Shown here: positions 26,210 to 32,000 of the stretch, in pieces
Layout of the letters: every line of letters starts with the position of its first letter
Position numbering within the stretch: position 1 is the first letter of the stretch
NCBI RefSeq assembly: GCF_000008665.1
Contig: NC_000917.1
Location: 1,890,001-1,922,000, forward strand
DNA: 32,000 nucleotides
Source: Archaeoglobus fulgidus DSM 4304
GTDB taxonomy: Archaea > Halobacteriota > Archaeoglobi > Archaeoglobales > Archaeoglobaceae
Reading direction: 5' to 3'
Position numbers and translations under genes: made by a program
The notes under the pieces: model-generated
Seen by the model: only the letters and a program-made list of their open reading frames with translations
What the model was told of the DNA's origin: nothing
Database searches by the model: none

Positions 26210-26641
26210 ATGGAGAAGGTCAAACTTGGAATGGTCGTTGCTGAGTTCAACAGGGACATTACCTACATGATGGAGATTCTCGGTAAGGAGCATGCTGAGT
26301 TTCTGGGGGCTGAGGTTAGCGAGGTTATCAGGGTTCCCGGCACCTTCGATATCCCCATTGCCGTAAAGAAGATGCTTGAGAAGGGCAGAGTTGATGCCGT
26401 TGTTGCCATAGGCTGTGTAATCGAAGGAGAGACGGAGCACGATGAGATTGTTGCCCAGCACGCTGCGAGGAAGATCATGGACTTGAGCCTTGAATACGGC
26501 AAGCCCGTAACGCTCGGCATCAGCGGGCCCGGAATGGGCAGGATTGCAGCAACGGAGAGAGTTGATTATGCAAAGAGGGCTGTTGAGGCTGCTGTTAAGC
26601 TTGTCAAGAGGCTGAAGGAGTATGATGCAGAGGGGAGCTAA
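26210..26641 (+). CDS. ribH: 6,7-dimethyl-8-ribityllumazine synthase
   Basis: 143 aa; [94 protein letters not shown]. Confidence 0.96.
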   Translation: MEKVKLGMVVAEFNRDITYMMEILGKEHAEFLGAEVSEVIRVPGTFDIPIAVKKMLEKGRVDAVVAIGCVIEGETEHDEIVAQHAARKIMDLSLEYGKPVTLGISGPGMGRIAATERVDYAKRAVEAAVKLVKRLKEYDAEGS

Positions 26642-27761
26642 CAGGATTGAGGTAGTCCAGCCTTCAGCCACGCTAAGAGTTTCAACGATGGCAAAGGAGC
26701 TGAAGAGAGAGGGCAAGGACGTAGTGGACATGAGCGTTGGGGAGCCAGACTTCCCCACGCCCGATTTTATCATTGAAGCTGCTTACAAAGCAATGAAGGA
26801 GGGCAAGGTTTTCTACACTCCCACAAAGGGCGTTCCTGAGCTCATTGATGCCATCGTTGAGAAGCTGAGGAACGAGAACGGCATTGATGTTGGAGCAGAG
26901 AACATAATCGTCACGCCGGGGGCAAAGTATGCGATTTTCGAGGCGATGATGTGTTTGCTGCAGGAAGGGGATGAGGTAATACTCCTCGACCCCTCGTGGG
27001 TTAGCTATGAGGCGTGCATTCTGATGGCGGGAGCAAAGCCCGTCTGGGTTCCCCACGAGGAGGGCTTTGAGGATGCCCCCATTGAGGACTACATAACGTC
27101 AAACACGAAAATGATTGTTGTGAATACTCCCAGCAACCCGCTCGGCGTTGTGTATCCCAAGGAGTTTCTGAAGAAGGTAAGGGACTTGGCGGTGGACAAG
27201 GATATCCTCGTGATGAGCGATGAGATTTACGAGAAGATAATCTTCGAGGGCGAGCATTACAGCCTCGCTGCAATGGACGGGATGCTTGAAAGGACAATAA
27301 CAATCAACGGCTTCTCCAAGACCTACTCCATGACAGGCTGGAGGTTGGGGTATGCTGCAGCGCCGGAGTGGATAATCAAGCTCATGAACCGCATGCAGAG
27401 CCATTCTGTCAGCCATCCCACATCTTTCGTTCAGTATGCTGGAGTTGCAGCCCTCAAAGGAGACCAGAGCTTCATAAAGGAGATTGTTGAAGAGTTCAGG
27501 GCGAGAAGGGACATGATAATGGCCAAGCTTGACGAAATGGGTATAGAGTATGCTCCACCTAAGGGGGCCTTCTACATCTTCATGAATGTTGGCAGGGACA
27601 GCAACGAGTTCTGCGAGGAGTTTTTGAAGAGGGAATATGTGGCTCTAACTCCCGGCTCAGCCTTTGGCGTTGCCTACAAAAGCTGGGTCAGGCTGAGCTA
27701 CGCAACTTCGAGGGAGAGGATTGGAGAGTTTCTGAGCAGGCTGGAGAGGTTTTTGGGTTAA
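26625..27761 (+). CDS. PLP-dependent aminotransferase, class I (aspartate aminotransferase-like)
   Basis: ~378 aa; [75 protein letters not shown] (PLP Lys), [13 protein letters not shown]. Start (26622/26625) overlaps ribH end. Confidence 0.94.
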   Translation: MQRGANRIEVVQPSATLRVSTMAKELKREGKDVVDMSVGEPDFPTPDFIIEAAYKAMKEGKVFYTPTKGVPELIDAIVEKLRNENGIDVGAENIIVTPGAKYAIFEAMMCLLQEGDEVILLDPSWVSYEACILMAGAKPVWVPHEEGFEDAPIEDYITSNTKMIVVNTPSNPLGVVYPKEFLKKVRDLAVDKDILVMSDEIYEKIIFEGEHYSLAAMDGMLERTITINGFSKTYSMTGWRLGYAAAPEWIIKLMNRMQSHSVSHPTSFVQYAGVAALKGDQSFIKEIVEEFRARRDMIMAKLDEMGIEYAPPKGAFYIFMNVGRDSNEFCEEFLKREYVALTPGSAFGVAYKSWVRLSYATSRERIGEFLSRLERFLG

Positions 27762-27876
27762 TTTTTATTTTTAATTGTGCTGTACCAGTTGATTTAAACC
27801 TGAAAAGCCCTGCAACTGGAAAATACAAGATGAGAGAGACGATTCGAAACTTAAGAAATATATCCAGCCAGCCAAG

Positions 27877-28029
27877 TCAAATACCAACCCAGAAAACTTC
27901 AGAAGATGGTAGTAGTTCCAGCTGGATAATCCAGGCCACTTTCGGAAATTGTGCCTTGCGCAGAATTAAGAACAAAAAATACGCAAAACCAAAGGCGAGA
28001 ATTACCACACTCAGAAGTTGAAAGGTCAT
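27877..28029 (-). CDS. Tiny membrane protein, 50 aa, possibly a truncated/degenerate gene
   Basis: Manual translation MTFQLLSVVILAFGFAYFLFLILRKAQFPKVAWIIQLELLPSSEVFWVGI; ATG overlaps the stop of the 99-aa ORF (ATGA). An alternative frame continues WNYYHLLKFSGLVFDLAGWIYFLSFESS, suggesting a frameshift. Confidence 0.35.
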   Translation of the reverse strand: MTFQLLSVVILAFGFAYFLFLILRKAQFPKVAWIIQLELLPSSEVFWVGI

Positions 28030-28325
28030 TTCAGTTCACTTACGTATTTATTCCTTAGCAACCATAAAAGCAAGGATACAAGGAAGAAAGATACGGGAAG
28101 AACGAAAACCATCAGGTTGCAAAAGCTCTCGCCGAGCAATCGATTGTAGCGGGCATAAGGCATTGTTCCAAACAAGATTGTGAAGATGGAAACGACTGAC
28201 GAGGAAATAAACCGAAGTCTATCCATTCTGCTTCTTGAATAAAGGGTGTAGAGCAGATTCAGCAGGCCAAGAAACGATATGAGGGGTAAGAAATATGAAA
28301 TGAAGAAATTTGTTGTTGCATCCAT
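28026..28325 (-). CDS. Small multi-pass membrane protein (99 aa)
   Basis: MDATTNFFISYFLPLISFLGLLNLLYTLYSRSR...LMVFVLPVSFFLVSLLLWLLRNKYVSELK; about three predicted TMs. Confidence 0.6.
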   Translation of the reverse strand: MDATTNFFISYFLPLISFLGLLNLLYTLYSRSRMDRLRFISSSVVSIFTILFGTMPYARYNRLLGESFCNLMVFVLPVSFFLVSLLLWLLRNKYVSELK

Positions 28326-28698
28326 GGCCCATCACCAGATCTACCCCAGAGTTTATTCATTGCAAACGGCTCCAAACCCTGACCCATTCACCATGCTATT
28401 TCTTAGCTTATAAATTTTTCTTTTATTTTAGACAGTTGCTCACAACACTTTCTTCAAAGCAATCCTTAAGAACGCTAAAAAGTAGCAGGACAGCGCAGCT
28501 GTCATTGCAAGGCCGCAAAGGTACATCAAGTACCTCTCACGCCGATTTCAACAAAGCTTGACAGGAGGAGCAGTGCTACATCTGTGAAAAGAACTATGTA
28601 AAGGAGTTTGGCGCCCATTTTCACGTTACTATTGGCAACGCATGCTGTTAGATTTTTCGATCCTCAACCCGTCACCGCTTACATCAGTTTCCCTTGCG

Positions 28699-29688
28699 TT
28701 AAAAAGTCAGAATGCGGATAACGAAAAATATTCCAATCCCAACAATTGCAGCGTTTACCCAGAAAAGCCAGAAAAGGATTGGACCTTCAACCCTCGCCTC
28801 TTCCACCGCCCGTTGAAGGGTGTCGAAAGAGTAGCCAAAGAGTCTTAGCACCACCCATGTAGCCGCAAACATGGCAAGAAAAATCACTGAAACGCCGATA
28901 AGCGCAAATTTTAGGCTTTCCTGTAATGAATAGGCTCCGAGAAGCTCTAAGAGGAGAGCGAAGGAGAGCAGAGGCGAAGCGAACAGAACAATAGAAAAGG
29001 TCACCATGAGCTCCCTTGAGCCCGTTTTAGCCATCAAATACTGCAGCGCCCCCACGAAGATGTTGAAGAGCGGTGCGAGGATGAAAGCTGTTCTGTGAGC
29101 GGTAATGGTTTTCACGAAGGGCAGGACTTCGGATTTGACCAACATTAAGGATAAAAGCACCAGAACGAGCCCCGCAATGGATAGCTTTGCCCAAAATACT
29201 GAAAAGTTTGCGGAAGCTGCCAGATCATTCTTCAAAAATCGATTGTAGGTGTAAAACAAAACAACGAGGGGGAAAAGGCAGAGCTGAAGTAGCGGGACGA
29301 TGAAGGCAAAGAAGATGATCGGGAACTTGAAAGCCAACGCTAAATCACCCCACTCCAAAACAGCTCCGCAGAGCATCAAGCCCGCCGCCGGGAAGCCGAT
29401 AATTATGTAGCCGAACTTTACAGCCAGATCGCGTTCCTCTTCGCTGAGTTTTGCGTATTCAATCTCTTTAAGCTCCAGAATCCAGATCAGTCCCTCTCTA
29501 AGTCTCAAACCGCGACGTTTGAAAATCAGGTAGATGGAGAGAGCTTCGGACATTAGCACGACTGCCAGAAGAGCTAAAGCGACAGCTATTCTTTCCGGAG
29601 TTAGCTTCTCCTTGGAGACGGTCAGGAATGGGAAGAGAAATGCGCCGATATGGAGGAGAATTAACAGGAGGAGGTTTCTCTTCCACAT
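28699..29688 (-). CDS. Multi-pass membrane protein (329 aa), member of a local paralog family
   Basis: About eight hydrophobic segments; shares YNRFLKxxLxA..ANFSVFW with the 244-aa ORF and SLQxxxxF...IFLAMFAATWVVLRLFGY with the 286-aa ORF. Confidence 0.75.
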   Translation of the reverse strand: MWKRNLLLLILLHIGAFLFPFLTVSKEKLTPERIAVALALLAVVLMSEALSIYLIFKRRGLRLREGLIWILELKEIEYAKLSEEERDLAVKFGYIIIGFPAAGLMLCGAVLEWGDLALAFKFPIIFFAFIVPLLQLCLFPLVVLFYTYNRFLKNDLAASANFSVFWAKLSIAGLVLVLLSLMLVKSEVLPFVKTITAHRTAFILAPLFNIFVGALQYLMAKTGSRELMVTFSIVLFASPLLSFALLLELLGAYSLQESLKFALIGVSVIFLAMFAATWVVLRLFGYSFDTLQRAVEEARVEGPILFWLFWVNAAIVGIGIFFVIRILTF

Positions 29689-29959
29689 GTCCGCATTTAG
29701 CCAGTAAAGCTAAAAAGAGTTGTGTTCTGTCATGGCGATACAGCTACTTTTCTCTCTTAGCTCTCTCCTTTGAACGCACCCTGAACCAGTGTACGGGCTG
29801 AAATACTGCGTACCACAGAAGAATAAGATCTGGATAAAGCCTAAACACCTGTGGTAGTGCAGAAGTAGGTTCCAGCTTGCTACATTGACTTGTGCATATC
29901 GCTGCACGGAATCCACTACACCCGATAGAACAGGCTACCGCTCTCCGCATCGCAACAAC

Positions 29960-30694
29960 CTACGCCATTAAAATTTTCACAGCAACAAACGAATTTACGA
30001 GCGGGATCGATAGGTGCAAGAGGATGGGGAACTTTTCACGCGCTACCATTCTTCCGGTTACGCCGAAAATGGCGTTCATGGTTGCAATAATTAACAGATT
30101 GAAGACCCCATCGTTGAGAGCTTTAAAATAAGCTTTCTGGAACGGTAGCTCCGAGGGTTGCACTAACACTTTCGATATGATTATTAGCAAAATTACGAAC
30201 AAGTGAATCCAGATCCAGAAATTGAAAAAGTTAGCTCGCAGTAAGCTCTTTTTCCTAACTCGCTCGTAAACTTGCAGCATGGCAACGAAAAAGGAGATTC
30301 CGAGGAATAGGAGAGGAGAAAGGGCGAATATTAATGCGAAGAGAGATAAAAATTCTGCAATCGCTGGTGTAAACTCTCCGTAGTAGAAAATAAGAGCTCC
30401 AAGAAAGGCGATGGGCATTAAGTGGATGAAGACAAGGCGCTGAAACTCGTAAATGAAGTCGGCAATATTTTGCTCCAATGCAACGTGAACTTGTCTCAGT
30501 GAGTAGCCGTGCTGCTTGAGGAACCTTGAGAGGTTAAAGGCGAGTAAGATTGCAAAGATGGGCGATATGAGAAGAACCATAACAATTCTATCAGCGGTGA
30601 AGTTTTCGGGCGGGACGGCGAGCAACCAGAAGAAAACAATGACTGCAAAGCACGCAGCAAATGTGAAGAGCAAAGCGAATTTTCCTTTGTTCAT
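29960..30694 (-). CDS. Multi-pass membrane protein (244 aa), member of the same local paralog family
   Basis: MNKGKFALLFTFAACFAVIVFFWLLAVPPENFTADRIVMVLL...SRFLKQHGYSLRQVHVALEQ...YERVRKKSLLRANFFNFW. Confidence 0.75.
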   Translation of the reverse strand: MNKGKFALLFTFAACFAVIVFFWLLAVPPENFTADRIVMVLLISPIFAILLAFNLSRFLKQHGYSLRQVHVALEQNIADFIYEFQRLVFIHLMPIAFLGALIFYYGEFTPAIAEFLSLFALIFALSPLLFLGISFFVAMLQVYERVRKKSLLRANFFNFWIWIHLFVILLIIISKVLVQPSELPFQKAYFKALNDGVFNLLIIATMNAIFGVTGRMVAREKFPILLHLSIPLVNSFVAVKILMA

Positions 30695-30751
30695 GGTGTC
30701 ACCATAATCCGACAGAATAAAAATCTTGCAGGTGAGGAAGAGAAAATTGGT

Positions 30752-31612
30752 TTACAGCATGTTGGGGGAAATTTCACCACGCTCCATAAACGAAGCGATA
30801 AGCAGTCCGAGTGAGGTTAGCATGATCCAGGCTATCCAGATGATTGGATCTCTGAGGGGATTGTATTTTCCCTGTTTTATGGCTGCTTTCCTTTTCTCAG
30901 AAAGCTCCCTCAGCGATTTGTATCCGAAGACCTGCAGAACCAATGCAACTGCAGCTAAACTCGCAAAGATTAGAACTGCCAGTTTAACTAAAAAAGTCGC
31001 TTGGATTCTCAACGAGCATTCGGATTTCGCCAATAGAATCGGCAAAATCGCTCCCGGACATTTTACGGAGAGGAGGGCGAGAGGAGCTATTAGAAGCAGG
31101 AAAACCAGGACTTCAAATCTCCTATTCGTGAAGAAGCTAACGAAGCCCGCAGCGATCCAGAAAAAGCCCACAAGCAGGGGGTCCCACCAAAGTTGTTCGA
31201 GTTTCTCGTAAACTATTAGACTCGAAACAGTGCAGATAAGTCCGTGGGAAAGCAAGAACTGCGGATTGCTCGGAGGAAAATTCTTCTCGAATGCTCTTAC
31301 GACGGGGTACAGAAATAAGAAGGCGAGCGGCGCGTAAAGCATTACGCCACTCAACATCACCACGAAAATAGCAATCAAATCCAAGATCTTTAAACCGATT
31401 AGCACGTAATGCGCAGTAAAGAGAATTGCTCCGTTTGCAACAATTATTGTCCAAAGAATCTCGTCAACGATTCCCCATCTGAGTTTAGCGCTTAAATCCT
31501 TTTGCCTCCTTAGTTCTTCCCCTTCAAGGATTGTGTAAAGATTTTTTATATCTGCAGCCCTGTATCCGTGCTTGATGAGCTGGTAAGAGATAAGGAGCAA
31601 AGCAATGAGCAC
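30752..31612 (-). CDS. Multi-pass membrane protein (286 aa), member of the same local paralog family
   Basis: GTG start at 31612; SYQLIKHGYRAADIKNLYTILEGEE...CSLRIQATFLVKLAVLIFASLAAVALVLQVFGYKSLRELSEKRKAAI. Confidence 0.7.
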   Translation of the reverse strand: MLIALLLISYQLIKHGYRAADIKNLYTILEGEELRRQKDLSAKLRWGIVDEILWTIIVANGAILFTAHYVLIGLKILDLIAIFVVMLSGVMLYAPLAFLFLYPVVRAFEKNFPPSNPQFLLSHGLICTVSSLIVYEKLEQLWWDPLLVGFFWIAAGFVSFFTNRRFEVLVFLLLIAPLALLSVKCPGAILPILLAKSECSLRIQATFLVKLAVLIFASLAAVALVLQVFGYKSLRELSEKRKAAIKQGKYNPLRDPIIWIAWIMLTSLGLLIASFMERGEISPNML

Positions 31613-31686
31613 GAAAAGAGCTGAAATTACAATTATCGTTAGTAGTTTTTCCGAGTTTAGCTCTAAATGTCTATATACTTAGATTC

Positions 31687-31977
31687 GTGCTGGCAAGCGT
31701 TCTCATACTGGGGGCCATTGCAGTGGGCAGTGCGATACCGACGATTGCCGAGCTGAAGGTGGACAGGTCGCTCTGCAGAAAAAGTCCGATGGAGGAGTTT
31801 TACGTTTTCGAGAACGGAGAGTGGGTGAAGAAAGAGGAGCTTGCAGACTGGTGGCTCTGCATCGATGTTGACAGCATAGAGCGTTCGGACTACTACTCCG
31901 CAGCGAAGAAGGCGATTGAGCTGCAGAAGTTGGGAAGAGACTCGCCGTACTACGGTGGAGAGTGGATAGGTTGTTAA
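31687..31977 (+). CDS. Small secreted hypothetical protein (96 aa)
   Basis: GTG start; signal-like MLASVLILGAIAVGSAIPTIA followed by a charged soluble region with two Trp/Cys sites; divergent from the 286-aa ORF. Confidence 0.5.
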   Translation: MLASVLILGAIAVGSAIPTIAELKVDRSLCRKSPMEEFYVFENGEWVKKEELADWWLCIDVDSIERSDYYSAAKKAIELQKLGRDSPYYGGEWIGC

Positions 31978-32000
31978 GGGAAAGTACAGCTACAGCCAGC

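Noticed and set aside
6610-26641. Riboflavin gene cluster
   Set aside because: ribK-ribB and ribH are both in the window but are ~18 kb apart with many unrelated genes between, so no cluster is claimed.
1-32000. CRISPR array, tRNA/rRNA genes or intact transposases
   Set aside because: No regularly spaced direct repeats, no cloverleaf-like sequence and no transposase-like protein were seen by eye; a formal tRNAscan/CRISPR search was not possible.

Overview
This 32 kb archaeal window looks like Archaeoglobus (recognised from family content such as the 295-aa AlkA; not checked against a database). It holds mostly conventional genes plus two accessory-looking regions. Conventional content, in order: partial enolase-superfamily (MR/MLE) enzyme, ThDP-dependent acetolactate-synthase-like enzyme, Zn alcohol dehydrogenase, an MFS transporter broken by a frameshift and an in-frame TGA, radical SAM/SPASM protein plus MoaD-like protein, ribK-ribB, DUF166 protein, triple-PAS histidine kinase, DUF165/YhhQ-type transporter, MarC, MetE-like methyltransferase, glycosyltransferase, gatB, alkA, HTH+CBS regulator, LysR regulator, DUF169 protein, TauE/SafE permease, ribH and an aminotransferase. 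The most notable region is 18.1-24.1 kb. It has four tandem, highly divergent ~145-aa paralogs (20695-22498, minus) that keep an ungapped motif N-x-[ST]-x19-[IFV]-[FV]-G-x6-G (N to first G always 24 residues). The same motif and spacing recur in the C-terminal ~146 aa of the adjacent 741-aa signal-peptide-bearing protein, giving a fifth copy. The three junctions between small genes each carry a GGTGAT Shine-Dalgarno that overlaps or directly follows the upstream stop codon. The first small gene and the 741-aa gene share an 11/12 BRE-like promoter element upstream of TATA-like boxes spaced for leaderless transcripts. Upstream in the same orientation are a small Oxa1/EMC3-like membrane protein, a TauE permease, a DUF169 protein and a LysR regulator, with repeated TTCGAAATTTT elements. 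A second accessory region (27.8-31.7 kb) is an array of divergent multi-pass membrane protein paralogs with tiny, coupled or degenerate ORFs between them.
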